Below, piece after piece: positions 18,634 to 29,090 of a DNA stretch of 64,000 bases (its first letter is position 1; each line of letters begins with the position of its first letter). The stretch comes from Candidatus Tayloriibacteriota bacterium (GTDB taxonomy: Bacteria; Patescibacteriota; Minisyncoccia; Phycocordibacterales; PALSA-1337): the NCBI GenBank assembly GCA_003151615.1, contig PLXZ01000001.1, positions 244,318 to 308,317 of the forward strand, in the 5' to 3' direction. The translations under genes and the position numbers were made by a program. The notes under the pieces were generated by a model, which saw nothing but the letters and a program-made list of their open reading frames with translations, did not search any database and was not told the origin of the DNA.

Positions 18634-19677
18634 ATGGACCTTCTTATCGACACCTATGGAACGAAAATCGGAGCAACGGGTGAACGCATTGCCCTTACTT
18701 TTCCCAACGTAAAGGAAAAGAAAGAATATCCGATTCATCGTATTGACAAAATTCTCATCCTTCGTGCCGGTTCATTGTCGACTGACGCGGCAAAATTGGC
18801 ACTCGATCATGACGTTGACATTGTATATCTCGGCTCGTTCGGCAAACCGATCGGCCGTTTGTTTTCGAGCGAACCAAAAGGTCTTGCCGGCCTTCGCCGT
18901 GCCCAGCTTGAAATCTCAAATTCTGAAAAGTCGCTCGAAATTGCAAAAATTCTCGTAAAGGGGAAGTGCACCAACCAAATTTCATACATTCGCAGTCTTG
19001 GCCATGCGCATAAAAAAGACTTCAGCAGGGAAATTCTCCAGATGGAAAGCATTTTAAAAACCATTGAACCTTTGCCGAATATTGAAAAAAGCAAGGAGCA
19101 GCTTCTCGGAATAGAAGGATACACGGCCGAGCGCTATTTCAGCTGTCTCAAAAAACTTCATACATTTTCAGGACGAAAACCGGAGGCGCGCGACAAATTC
19201 AACAGTGCCCTCAATTACGGTTACGGAATGCTTTACAATGAAGTTGACCGGGCGTGTCTTTATACCGGCCTTGATCCGAATATGGGTCTGTATCACAGCG
19301 AACGATATGGCAAGCCTGCGCTTGTCCTCGATCTCGTGGAGGAATTTCGCGTGCCGATCGTCGACTCGGTCGTATTTCCGCTTTTTTTGGAAAAGAAAAT
19401 CACCCAAAAAGGATGTTTTGATAAAACCGGACCCGGAGAATATCAGTTATCGCAGAAAGGGAAGAAGTTTTTGATTGAAGCGGTTGTGAATCGCCTCAAT
19501 GAAAGCGTTGTCTGGAACGGCGACGGCAAACGCTACAGCCTGAAGACGGTAATTGAAAACCAGGTTCGCGGCATGGCGCGGCACTTTATGGGCAAGGAAG
19601 AAAAATATATTCCGTTCGACATGGCGGAAATGCTTCAGCTCCGGCCGGAAGTTTTGGCTAAAAATTCGCATGAATAA
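18634..19677 (+). CDS. cas1: CRISPR-associated endonuclease/integrase Cas1
   Basis: LLGIEGYTAERYF (catalytic Glu region); NSALNYGYGMLYNEVDRACLYTGLDPNMGLYHSERYGKPALVLDLVEEFRVPIVD (Cas1 His and Asp/Glu metal-binding motifs). Confidence 0.9.
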   Translation: MDLLIDTYGTKIGATGERIALTFPNVKEKKEYPIHRIDKILILRAGSLSTDAAKLALDHDVDIVYLGSFGKPIGRLFSSEPKGLAGLRRAQLEISNSEKSLEIAKILVKGKCTNQISYIRSLGHAHKKDFSREILQMESILKTIEPLPNIEKSKEQLLGIEGYTAERYFSCLKKLHTFSGRKPEARDKFNSALNYGYGMLYNEVDRACLYTGLDPNMGLYHSERYGKPALVLDLVEEFRVPIVDSVVFPLFLEKKITQKGCFDKTGPGEYQLSQKGKKFLIEAVVNRLNESVVWNGDGKRYSLKTVIENQVRGMARHFMGKEEKYIPFDMAEMLQLRPEVLAKNSHE

Positions 19678-19996
19678 CTTCCCGATAATTACTTTGGTCA
19701 CATGGGAGACGCGTAATTGGCGGCATAATGATAAAGCATTGGTCTGGTGCAAAAATTACGGACTCAAGCCGATCACACGTACGGTTTATGTCGGAAAATT
19801 ATATGGTAAGGAGCGGATGCTGCTTCAGAAAAAGTTCCAGTTGGTTTTCAACAAAAAAACCGAGAAGTTCGCATTTATAGGCCTATGCCAATCATGCTTT
19901 GCCGCGGCTCGAATCGATGATACCATTAAGTGCAATGCGGAGCATATTTCAAACTTTGAACTCATTCAATTTCCCGAAATAGCCAATAAACGCTAG
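19670..19996 (+). CDS. cas2: Cas2 (108 aa), start overlapping cas1 stop (ATGAATAA)
   Basis: MNNFPIITLVTWETRNWRHNDKALVWCKNYGLKPITRTVYVGKL… fits the Cas2 beta-alpha-beta pattern. 8-bp cas1/cas2 overlap. Confidence 0.6.
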   Translation: MNNFPIITLVTWETRNWRHNDKALVWCKNYGLKPITRTVYVGKLYGKERMLLQKKFQLVFNKKTEKFAFIGLCQSCFAAARIDDTIKCNAEHISNFELIQFPEIANKR

Positions 19997-19998
19997 CT

Positions 19999-20035
19999 CC
20001 TGCATAATAGTGTCGCAAAAAGGAGATTGTGCAAC
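19999..20035 (+). repeat. array repeat R1
   Basis: Exact 37-mer. Confidence 0.95.
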
Positions 20036-20057
20036 CAATTCTATCAAGACCGTTACT

Positions 20058-20276
20058 ATGGGAAAAAAACGCAACTGCTTCTCCTTGTCTGATGCCAACA
20101 TTGAAAGGCTTATCTCGTTAGGCTTCGAAATAGAGCACATTTTCCATAAACCACAGGATATCGAAGCTGTGTTTTCCGAGTCCGGGGAACTTATTGTGAC
20201 CCAAGCCAGAACGATAACTGTATTACCTCCAAACTACAAATCTGCCGGAACAGCCGGAAAAACCGCGAATAACTAA
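20058..20276 (+). CDS. small hypothetical protein in segment S1 (72 aa)
   Basis: ATG 20058 (MGKKRNCFSL…). The ORF-track ORF starts inside repeat R1. Confidence 0.3.
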   Translation: MGKKRNCFSLSDANIERLISLGFEIEHIFHKPQDIEAVFSESGELIVTQARTITVLPPNYKSAGTAGKTANN

Positions 20277-20301
20277 CAAATACTAAACACCAAACCAAAC
20301 T

Positions 20302-20883
20302 ATGAATAACCAACAAAAGTCTATTGTAATAATTGATTTCATCAATGAAATCATTGACTCAAAGGGGAAGCTCGCCGGCAAAGGCTATGCTGCATTTGAT
20401 GCGAAGCATGGGACTTTGGACAATGTAAAAAAACTCCAAGAATTTGGCCGAAGAAATCACATTCCAATTTTATTTGTCCGAGTGGGTTTTTCTTCTTCCT
20501 ATGTAGAGCATCCGGAGAACTCCCCGTTATTCGGAGGAGCAAAGAAATTCGGGGCGTTGCAACTCGGAACTTCGGCAACTGAATTCCATCCAAAAGTTGC
20601 CCCGATCTCGGGCGAAACCATTATTACAAAACATCGTGTTAGCGCATTTTACGGAACCTCGTTGGAATTAATTTTGAAGAATCTTCAAGTTAAAGAAGTT
20701 CTTCTCGCTGGCGTGGCGACTGATTTAGCGGTTCAGGCTGCGGCTCGAGATGCACATGATCGCGATTTTGCCGTCACAGTTGTTTCCGATTGTTGTGCAG
20801 CGGCAAATGAGGAAGATCACGAATTATCTATCAAGACAATTGCTAAGATCGCAAAAATTATAACGCTCAGCGACTTGACGTAA
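20302..20883 (+). CDS. isochorismatase-family cysteine hydrolase (S1)
   Basis: IVIIDFINEI…VATDLAVQAAARDAHDRDFAVTVVSDCCAA: isochorismatase/PncA-like fold with catalytic Cys. Confidence 0.75.
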   Translation: MNNQQKSIVIIDFINEIIDSKGKLAGKGYAAFDAKHGTLDNVKKLQEFGRRNHIPILFVRVGFSSSYVEHPENSPLFGGAKKFGALQLGTSATEFHPKVAPISGETIITKHRVSAFYGTSLELILKNLQVKEVLLAGVATDLAVQAAARDAHDRDFAVTVVSDCCAAANEEDHELSIKTIAKIAKIITLSDLT

Positions 20884-21073
20884 CTCGAATTTCCGTTTTG
20901 TAGGAATGTCATCGCCTCCTGACCATATATTTTGGCCATGGACACTACTCAAATAGCTTTAATTAGAAGCATACCGGGCGGTAATATCATTGTTCCGGCC
21001 AACGACCATTGGCCGGACGCTCCTCGTGGTATGCCCTCCGGATACCACCAATCAATCATCCAAGGGAATACGC

Positions 21074-21110
21074 CCTGCATAATAGTGTCGCAAAAAGGAG
21101 ATTGTGCAAC
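21074..21110 (+). repeat. array repeat R2
   Basis: Exact 37-mer. Confidence 0.95.
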
Positions 21111-21294
21111 CAAATAAAACTTCGGTGACTCCATCCGTTGCAAGTTTGGTGAGGATGCGTTTGACTTCAGGCAACGGAGTCGGTGTTGCCTTTTCAAAAA
21201 GAGGATCAGCAGAATAGCAAAACGAACATTTCGCCGCGCAGCGAGTGCTGAAGTGCAGCGCAACGAAATCAAGATGAACTTTGTCGCCACTCAT
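21111..21294 (-). pseudogene. radical SAM protein, N-terminal ~60 aa only; cut at repeat R2 (S2)
   Basis: VALHFSTRCAAKCSFCY (CX3CX2C) …GVTEVLFGCT, then the frame runs into the repeat. Confidence 0.5.
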
Positions 21295-21300
21295 AAAATC

Positions 21301-22041
21301 TCATAGGCCGTTGTATTCAGGATTGCTTGGAGTGAGCACAAGCGACCGAACGTATGAAAATTCTTGACCAAGAATAAATTCAACAGCCTTGGCTAAATCT
21401 TTTGGATGTATCGCGCTATTTCCTTTGGAATTTATAAAGTCGGCGTCTGAAGTTCCATATTCAATATCGGCAGCAACGATGCCAGGACAAAGGTTGGTGG
21501 TTTTAATTCCTAATTTTGCAATTTCCGTTTGCAGAGCCGCTCCAAGACCATGCACAGCATATTTGGCAGAAATATAGGCTGACGGGCCAGTCATCACATT
21601 GTGCATTGGAAAACCCCAGTCTGCTACAATGTTAATAATACGCGCGTCTTTGCTATGTTTGAGAAAGGGGATTGCCTGACGGATCACATCAGCAGTTCCT
21701 ACGACACTGATTCGGAAGAATTCGGTGAGAGCATCACCGTCTATTTTAACAAGCTCGTTTTCCATCTTGCCGAATGCATTGCTAATGAGAACATCAATAA
21801 CATTGGTTTTTAATGACAACTCCTCAAACATTATTGAAATGCTTTTTGTATCTGCCAAATCGCAACGAAGAAGTGTAAAATCAGCAGACCCAAGCCCCTT
21901 TGCAAGGGCGTCCAGTTTTTTTTGATCACGGCCATGCAAATAAAGAGTGAAGCCGAGTTGAGCGAAGTGATGTGCCAAATAAGTTCCGATGCCAGATGTT
22001 GCACCAGTAATTAACATTTTCTTTTTCATCATAAAATTCAT
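21301..22041 (-). CDS. short-chain dehydrogenase/reductase (SDR), intact (S2)
   Basis: MLITGATSGIGTYLA (TGxxxGxG)… SAYISAKYAVHGLG (YxxxK). ORF extends to 22134. Confidence 0.8.
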   Translation of the reverse strand: MNFMMKKKMLITGATSGIGTYLAHHFAQLGFTLYLHGRDQKKLDALAKGLGSADFTLLRCDLADTKSISIMFEELSLKTNVIDVLISNAFGKMENELVKIDGDALTEFFRISVVGTADVIRQAIPFLKHSKDARIINIVADWGFPMHNVMTGPSAYISAKYAVHGLGAALQTEIAKLGIKTTNLCPGIVAADIEYGTSDADFINSKGNSAIHPKDLAKAVEFILGQEFSYVRSLVLTPSNPEYNGL

Positions 22042-22283
22042 TTTTCTAAAATTACGTCGCCATTGAAATACGTTGTCTCCATTATATCCAACTTTTTTAG
22101 AATGTAAAGGATGGACTTGTATTGTGGCTGGCATTTTGGCAAAAATTGCTGTTGCGATATAAAAACACCATTCATCAATGCTTATCAGGGAATTCGAGCC
22201 TTTTTTGAAGTGAGCGTATATGAGTGCGGCTGCTCGTTCCGCTTCGTAGCCGTAGGTTTTAACTTCGTCTCCGTCTCCACGCT

Positions 22284-22539
22284 TTAATACACTTTAACAG
22301 CTAACGGCACAGCTCGTGATCTGGACCTGAATAATTTTCCAGGCTGCCATTGCCAAACGTTTAGTTTCCAAGCGGTAGGTTGCCCGGATGAGAGTAGCAT
22401 TAAAGGGGCGGCTATACGGGCTTTTTTAGACCGTGCGATCCGATGTAAAGTTTGAATGTCTTTTGCGCTCAAATTGGGCAATATTTGCCTTGGATGAGAA
22501 TGCCAATCCCCTAGATATGTCCATTTGCGACACGATGAC
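22284..22539 (-). pseudogene. JAB/MPN metalloprotease C-terminal fragment, N-terminus removed at repeat R3 (S2)
   Basis: GDWHSHPRQILPNLSAKD = HxH-x8-S-xx-D JAMM-like motif; upstream part replaced by repeat sequence. Confidence 0.45.
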
Positions 22540-22576
22540 CCTGCATAATAGTGTCGCAAAAAGGAGATTGTGCAAC
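22540..22576 (+). repeat. array repeat R3
   Basis: Exact 37-mer. TTTGCGACAC at 22524-22533 is an inverted copy of repeat positions 11-20. Confidence 0.95.
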
Positions 22577-22655
22577 CAAATTTGACGGTGCGGATTCAAG
22601 GGGCGATTGGCCCGAGTTCAGTCCAAATAAAATAACAACTTTGAATCGAATCCGT

Positions 22656-23528
22656 ATGACATCATATACTAGAACAAAAAGTATCAGCTCGGATCTTGCC
22701 GATGGTTATGAGAATCTTCGAATTGCATTTGAAAAGCTGGGAGTAAAAATGGACTCTCCATCCATGGACGGCTTCCTGCGAAGAATTTTGTTCCCAGACG
22801 GCAGAAAGATATTTTTCACCGCGAATGCACTTCCATTAAATTGCGCCTCAGCGGTATCACTGGCACATGACAAATTAGCAACATATCAGGTTCTTATTGA
22901 AGAAGGCATTGCTATTCCAAAAGGAATCGCCTTTTTTGCTAGCGAGTTTCATCGTCGTCAAACACAAGCAGAACCTCAATTACTTCTCGAAAATTTACCT
23001 TCAGCAATCCTCGAACACTTTCCGGACATTACAGCGGCGAATTTTAAAGTGATTATTAAACCCGGACAGGGAAGGTGCGGCTATATGGTTAATATCTGCA
23101 AAACTCTTTTTGAAATCCAGTCATTCGCGAGAGATATTTTAACATCGTTTCATTATGGCTTAATCCAAGAATACATAAATGGGCCAGAGTATCGTGTTGT
23201 CATTTTGGATGAAAATCCCATTATCATATATCAAAAATGTTTAAGCCGTCTTGAAAAGGGGGAGAATGATAACCCCGTGCGTGGTGATACTGGCATTTCT
23301 ATTGAACTGGCAAAGGCACCTTTTGAAGTCATCGAAATTGCAAAGAAAGCTCATCGGGCTCTTGGCCTACGGTTTTCAGGTATAGATGTTTGTCTCCCTC
23401 AAAATATTCCGCCAGCAATAGTATTAGAAGTCAATTCGAGTCCTGGTTTTGATGCCTTGGAAGACGATTTTAATTTTGACGCGGAAAAATTAGCGGGTAT
23501 AATTGCAAAAGCGGTGCTTGCCACTTAA
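22656..23528 (+). CDS. ATP-grasp domain protein (RimK/glutathione-synthetase-like) (S3)
   Basis: FKVIIKPGQGRCGYMV…EYRVVILDENPIIIYQK…SGIDVCL…VLEVNSSPGF. Start at ATG 22656. Confidence 0.65.
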   Translation: MTSYTRTKSISSDLADGYENLRIAFEKLGVKMDSPSMDGFLRRILFPDGRKIFFTANALPLNCASAVSLAHDKLATYQVLIEEGIAIPKGIAFFASEFHRRQTQAEPQLLLENLPSAILEHFPDITAANFKVIIKPGQGRCGYMVNICKTLFEIQSFARDILTSFHYGLIQEYINGPEYRVVILDENPIIIYQKCLSRLEKGENDNPVRGDTGISIELAKAPFEVIEIAKKAHRALGLRFSGIDVCLPQNIPPAIVLEVNSSPGFDALEDDFNFDAEKLAGIIAKAVLAT

Positions 23529-23566
23529 TTTGTGTTAAAATTGTGCAAGTTTAGCTTCAAATTCTT

Positions 23567-23935
23567 ATGACGAATCAAAACCATAACATTCCTCGATTAA
23601 ACCTTGTTGCCATTCGGAGCCATCATCTTCAACTTTCTGTCCAGTTTTACTCGCTATTGGGACTGATTTTTGTGAAGGAGTGCCATGGAAAAGGACCTGA
23701 ACACTATTCTGCAAATAACGGTTCTTATGTTTTTGAAATATATCCTTCTAACGGTTCCGCGTCAGTTGAAAATGTTGTGCGCGTTGGGTTCTACATCAAA
23801 CACTTTAATGAGATTCTTGACACGCTGAACAAAAATGGGGCAATCCTACAGGTGCCGCCAAAAATTTCTCCGTGGGGAAGACGAATGGTCGTGCTTGATC
23901 CAGACAACAATCGTGTCGAGTTAATAGAAGAATAA
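23567..23935 (+). CDS. VOC/glyoxalase-family protein (S3)
   Basis: beta-alpha-beta-beta-beta module pattern (HLQLSVQ…WGRRMVVLDPDNNRVELIE). Confidence 0.55.
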   Translation: MTNQNHNIPRLNLVAIRSHHLQLSVQFYSLLGLIFVKECHGKGPEHYSANNGSYVFEIYPSNGSASVENVVRVGFYIKHFNEILDTLNKNGAILQVPPKISPWGRRMVVLDPDNNRVELIEE

Positions 23936-23945
23936 TCGTTTTGTC

Positions 23946-24634
23946 GTGAAATCGCATTGCAATCATGATTATGATGTCCTTGTAGTAGGTGCTGGCCCAG
24001 CCGGTTTGACTATAGCAAACCTTTTAGCCAGGACAAGTTTGAAATTTACCATTATCGAAAAAGAGACTTCTGGCCAAAGGCCAAGCCGAGCGACCGGTTT
24101 ACAACCCAGGCTTTTAGAAATCTTCGAATATATTGGCATCAAGGATCAGGTCATTAAGCGAGCTATCACACTGAAGGGAAGCCAGATATTTGTTGATGGA
24201 AACCAAACTGCCACGGTGTCCTTTTATGATCCAGTTACTAATTCGCACTCGCTTTCTTTAGATCAAGGTGTAATCGAAGCAATGCTTGCCGCAACCTTTC
24301 AGAAAGGTGGAGGCGTCATCGAGTGGGGCAAGCGTCTTGTGGGTCTACGACGGAAAAATGACCGCTGGATGGCAGATATTGCGACAACGATTCCCTCCCT
24401 TGAATATATTACCGCAGACATTATCATTGCATGTGATGGAGGCAAAAGCACTGTGAGAAAATTTGCAAACATTGAGTTTGTCGGGGAAACGTATTCAGAG
24501 ACTTCATTTATTTCTGATTGTCGCATCAGTTCCGATCTCAAGCCACAATATGTTTGCTTTTTATTTTCCAAAGAATATAGGCTCGTGTTAGTTCCATTCT
24601 CTCAGAGTAAATACAAAGTCAGTGGTGGTATGCA
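23946..24634 (+). pseudogene. FAD-dependent monooxygenase, N-terminal ~230 aa; 3' end cut at repeat R4 (S3)
   Basis: YDVLVVGAGPAGLTIANLLAR (GxGxxG FAD fold)…DGGKSTVR; frame continues into the repeat (…HLHNSVAKRRLCN). Family normally ~400 aa. Confidence 0.6.
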
Positions 24635-24671
24635 CCTGCATAATAGTGTCGCAAAAAGGAGATTGTGCAAC
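24635..24671 (+). repeat. array repeat R4
   Basis: Exact 37-mer. Confidence 0.95.
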
Positions 24672-25224
24672 TGGGCATGACAAGGCGAATCTGCTCGGTT
24701 CGTTGCTGACAACACAATTTCAACTTGGCGCAATGGCGCGGGCGAACCGGCCAGAGGAGGAACGTCGTGATTTTTATCTCTTCATTGACGAATTTCAGAA
24801 CTTTTCGACCGATGCTTTTGCTTCGATTCTGGCCGAAGCCCGCAAATACCGCTCCTGTCTTACGCTGTCACACCAATACATTGACCAGTTGCCGCTGCCG
24901 ATCCGGCAGGCGGTTTTTGGCAATGCCGGAACTCTGATTTCATTTCGCATCGGCAACACCGATGCCGAGGTGATGGAAAAGGAATTCGGCGGCGCATTCC
25001 CGGCGGCTGTGCTCGTTGACCTTGACCGCTATGAGGCGGCGGTGAAGTTGCTTGAAGACGGAATGAACCGGGAACCGTTTCGGGCGAAGATGCTGCCGCC
25101 GCTGGAAAATCGCGTTGGCCGGAAGGACAAACTCATCACACTGTCGCGCGAGCGGTTTGCCATGCCGCGCGCGAAGATTGATGAAAAGTTGAAGCGGTGG
25201 ATGGATTCGATGGTTGCTCAATGA
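24672..25224 (+). pseudogene. FtsK/HerA/TraG-superfamily ATPase C-terminal fragment; 5' end missing at repeat R4 (S4)
   Basis: Walker-B-like LFIDEFQNF then …TLSHQYIDQL…FGNAGTLISFRIG; no N-terminal Walker A; begins at repeat. Confidence 0.45.
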
Positions 25225-25236
25225 CAGAGTGTTTAT

Positions 25237-25797
25237 TTATTCATGGCCGAAGCAAAGTTGTTTCATGCCATCCCAAGCGTAAACCAATGCTGATATTACC
25301 GTGCAAACCGCGCACACAAGGAACCAATGCATATTAAGACTTCGATCCCATTTCAACAAAATCAAAAAAATAAGAATCATTTGTGACCCAGTCGCAATTT
25401 TCCCAATGATGTGTGGATTCACTGAAACCTTTCCGACAATCGTGCGTATAATTGTAAAACCAACGAGTAGTAACAAGTCCTGTCCGATTATCACACCAAA
25501 GAGCCAGAGCGGAATATAGTCTAAATAAATACCGTGATAAAAGCTCAAGATGATAATACCTACCGCAAGTAGCAATTTATCCGCAAGCGGATCAAGGATA
25601 GCCCCGATTTCGCTTTTCTGATTGAAGTGTCGAGCAATAAACCCATCCATCAAATCCAAAATTAATATGGCTATTAAAGAGGCTATTGCCAATACATGAT
25701 AAATATTTTCTCCATAGAAAACATAACAAATCAGTCCGATGGAAAAATATGGTATCAGTAAAATGCGCAAAATGGTGATTTTGTTCGCAGTCGTCAT
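25237..25797 (-). CDS. CDP-alcohol phosphatidyltransferase (S4)
   Basis: DLMDGFIARHFNQKSEIGAILDPLADKLL = D-G-x2-A-R…G-x3-D-x3-D motif; multi-TM. Confidence 0.7.
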   Translation of the reverse strand: MTTANKITILRILLIPYFSIGLICYVFYGENIYHVLAIASLIAILILDLMDGFIARHFNQKSEIGAILDPLADKLLLAVGIIILSFYHGIYLDYIPLWLFGVIIGQDLLLLVGFTIIRTIVGKVSVNPHIIGKIATGSQMILIFLILLKWDRSLNMHWFLVCAVCTVISALVYAWDGMKQLCFGHE

Positions 25798-25970
25798 GGT
25801 GTTACACGACCCTCTTATACTACCAATTGTTAATGCCATGATTGTTGAAATAATAGCGTAAACATTCAATTGCAACAATAGTAGGCCGAACTTTCTACCT
25901 TTGTAAAAGAATGCGCGACTGGCTTGCCGCAAAGCGCAAACCTTGACGCCTACCGTGACTGCCTGGCATC

Positions 25971-26143
25971 GTGCAAAATGGCGCGATGGAATCACGTCTG
26001 CCCCGTTTCAACCGCGCGCCCATCGTTGCCCCCATGCAGCTTGAGGAGCGCGACCGCCAGATCATCCGGCTCATTCACCGGCATCGTTTTCTCCGTTCCG
26101 ACCACATTGTTTCGTTCATCGGCGGCAGCCAGCAGCAGATTTT
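25971..26143 (+). pseudogene. N-terminal fragment of a winged-helix-like protein; cut at repeat R5 (S4)
   Basis: …LEERDRQIIRLIHRHRFLRSDHIVSFIGG then the frame enters the repeat. Confidence 0.3.
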
Positions 26144-26180
26144 CCTGCATAATAGTGTCGCAAAAAGGAGATTGTGCAAC
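26144..26180 (+). repeat. array repeat R5
   Basis: Exact 37-mer. Confidence 0.95.
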
Positions 26181-27162
26181 AACGCAATAGAGCCTGGGTC
26201 GAGCCAATTACCAATGCCGTAAGTATAGTCACCAATACCATGCCTGCCAGATTTACCTTGATAACAAATAGCAAAAGGACGCAAATCCAAATGACTATGC
26301 ACCAAGAGAGAATCCTAATTGTTCCCCGCTGCGCCGCCGCCCGGCACATGAAATAGGTGAATGGAAACGCAAGCAATTGAACACCGAGAAGGAATCCGCC
26401 AATGACACTTGTGGAAAGTTTCAATTCCTGTGAAGCGTAAAGTGCGGTAAAAGAAATGACAGCTCCTATCGTATCAGCAATTAGGAAGTAGCCCAACAAC
26501 AAGCCGATGCGATCCCTATTTAACGCTGCAAACATCTCACGAACAGTTATTCTAGGCCGCCCGCGGGCTTTCAAAAGCGGTCGCCGGAGCAAGATCAAGG
26601 CAAGGACTCCAAAAAAAGAATAAAACAGGGACGTAAACAAATAAGGCAGTTTTGAATTTAATCCGAAAGAATTTTGCAAAAAAAACACTACCATAAAACA
26701 CAGGATGCCGCCTAAATAGCCAAACCCCCACGCAAAGCCCGAAAAAGATGCCTTGTCCTTTCCAGTGACAAGGCTATTTAGCAATGAATTATAAATGTTT
26801 CCAGTCAGATAAAAAAGAGCGTTTGCAACAATAAATGCACCCACAATGTGCCAGTAAGATTTACCTATAACGAGAGACAGGGCTAACCCTGAAATAAAAG
26901 AGACGGCGGCTACAATTGAAAAAACATTCCATCTGCCGTTTCGATCAGCCCATCGGCCTGCAAATGGTCCAGCAAGAACAGCAATTAGCGCCGATGCTGA
27001 AAGCAAGATGCCCCATGACAAATCACTGTTTGTTCCCGGCTTGAAAACGAACTGGTAAAGGTAAAGCGGGAACAAATATGCATGAAATATGAGCGTGAAG
27101 GCCGAGCTGGCAAAATCAAACAGGCTGTATGCAACCAGCGGCTTGAGGTTGCTATTGTGCAT
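26181..27162 (-). CDS. MFS transporter whose C-terminus runs into repeat R5 (probably 3'-truncated) (S5)
   Basis: 11+ TM helices; the last residues (…TISFLRHYYAG) are the repeat translated. Confidence 0.55.
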
Positions 27163-28177
27163 CGTAAGGATGATACCAGAAATCCTCCTGCACGATAAGA
27201 TGAACCAGACACGAAAATTGCATTTTTACATCTGCTGGCAGCGGCAAAAGTGAAATACATTCTTCAACTGTTGCCTCCGCTTGTGTCAGTGTATTCAATG
27301 CGAATTCGCGGACATCTTTTGTCCAGATTTTCTCAAGAAGTTTTAACCACTGGTCGCAAGTCAGCATTCGTTGATCCAGTTCTGTGTTAATATCCGAGGT
27401 GCCATGAAGCCGAAGGTAAATAGCCAATGGAAAGGAAAATGTGATGCGCCAAGAATCGCCGGCGGCGTGCCGTTTGCGAAGATTGTCAGGCTGCAAATCA
27501 TGATAGTCGTTTGAAAGTTGATAGAGTTTTCCCATGGCATGACCAAGTTTTTGAAAGCTGTCACCGAGATCGTTTCGGTTTGCAATCACGGCAGCGGAAG
27601 CAAAACTATACTCGAACATTGCGCTGGTTTTTTGATAAATTTGCTCGTTGTATCCCTTGCATATCCATTTGTTTATTGGTTCAACCATTAGGACATCATA
27701 CATCTCGCCGATTGTTAGCTGGCGATAAGTCTTGAGAAGTAGCTTGAGTATTTCTGGTTGATCTATGACTAAATTTATTGCTTCAGCACATAGAAAGTGC
27801 GCTTGAAGGGCTGAAGCCGGGGTTCCTATATTTGCTTGAGATGATTGGTGGCCATGCCTCACATCATCCCCGTCCAATATATCATCCACCAATATGGAGG
27901 CGGCATGGCACATCTCAATGCTTAAGCAGATGTCGAGAAGCATTTTTTCAGGAAGATTTCCAGCAATGTTCGTCGCAGTTTTAAGAAATAAGTAAGATCT
28001 GATTTTCCTGCCCTTCTCAATTCTTTTCAAAATTTCACTTCCCAGAAAAGTATCCGAATAAAGGTCTGCTATTCGCTTGGCAAGCTCTCGGTTAAGTGAA
28101 ACACGAAACTGCCCTAAATGCTCTACGCACGTCATGGTTTCGGTCGTAAAATCTTTTTGTGTTTTGGTTGATGTCAT
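27152..28177 (-). CDS. polyprenyl synthetase (trans-isoprenyl diphosphate synthase) family (S5)
   Basis: FARM LVDDILDGDDVRHG and SARM-like GKLYQLSNDYHD. Confidence 0.7.
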   Translation of the reverse strand: MTSTKTQKDFTTETMTCVEHLGQFRVSLNRELAKRIADLYSDTFLGSEILKRIEKGRKIRSYLFLKTATNIAGNLPEKMLLDICLSIEMCHAASILVDDILDGDDVRHGHQSSQANIGTPASALQAHFLCAEAINLVIDQPEILKLLLKTYRQLTIGEMYDVLMVEPINKWICKGYNEQIYQKTSAMFEYSFASAAVIANRNDLGDSFQKLGHAMGKLYQLSNDYHDLQPDNLRKRHAAGDSWRITFSFPLAIYLRLHGTSDINTELDQRMLTCDQWLKLLEKIWTKDVREFALNTLTQAEATVEECISLLPLPADVKMQFSCLVHLIVQEDFWYHPYDAQ

Positions 28178-28188
28178 AAAATTTATAA

Positions 28189-28794
28189 TTAAGGGGATTC
28201 GGCAGGCTTTTTGCGTTCTGTAATACTAATCAAGAAATGTTGAATTGCCCAACCGATTGAGCAGCCAACTATTGAGCTAATCCAAATAAATAATTCTCGC
28301 CCCCAGTCAGGAGTATAGCAAACCATGATTAAAGCAACAATTGCCACAGAAAGTGCGGCTATGAATTTAATTCTCGGTGAACGCGGCACAATAGTCGCCA
28401 CTGGAAACAATACCAAATATGCAGAACCGTAGAGACTTTTATTTAGACCACCCGTGTGGGCTGTCCACCAGCCAAATATCGATACGGTTTCGATAAAAAA
28501 CAGGACGTTCAAGAAGTCTCGAAGTTTAATGCGTTGATTGAAGTAAATGGCAGCCACACCGGTTGTGGCTTGGAAGATTAAAAACAATGCTTCATGACCG
28601 TGGCCAGTAACTAAATTATCCAGCCACGGCGTGCATATTGATTTTGGCGGAGAAATTCCAGCAAGCCCCGTGTTTTCTCCAGCAAATACTAGCAAGCAAA
28701 GGATTCCATCAGCAATGAAAATGAAAAGTGTCACCCAGACCGGATCGAGTGATTCATTTCGGTTAGACACTGTCATACAGGAAATCAATGCCAT
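28189..28794 (-). CDS. integral membrane protein (201 aa) (S5)
   Basis: Six hydrophobic helices; co-oriented with the prenyl synthase. Confidence 0.5.
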   Translation of the reverse strand: MALISCMTVSNRNESLDPVWVTLFIFIADGILCLLVFAGENTGLAGISPPKSICTPWLDNLVTGHGHEALFLIFQATTGVAAIYFNQRIKLRDFLNVLFFIETVSIFGWWTAHTGGLNKSLYGSAYLVLFPVATIVPRSPRIKFIAALSVAIVALIMVCYTPDWGRELFIWISSIVGCSIGWAIQHFLISITERKKPAESP

Positions 28795-29053
28795 CAGACA
28801 ATACGGAGGTCAAGCATTTTGTATTTTTTGATTTTATATTGCAACGGCACACGTTCTTTTTGGTGAAAGCTTCTGCTTTGATCTGCAAAAAGTCGGAGGT
28901 GGGCAGCGGCTATTTTGGCGCATCACCTCTTATTGCTGAACTGCCGGAGCCGGAGTTTGCCCAATCACCCCCTGAATGCGAACCGTCAAATTTGACACCC
29001 CGCTTTGAAGCTGGGCTAAAAGTTTATCGTTCATATCGGCGATTTTTGATTTG

Positions 29054-29090
29054 CCTGCATAATAGTGTCGCAAAAAGGAGATTGTGCAAC
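29054..29090 (+). repeat. array repeat R6
   Basis: Exact 37-mer. Confidence 0.95.
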
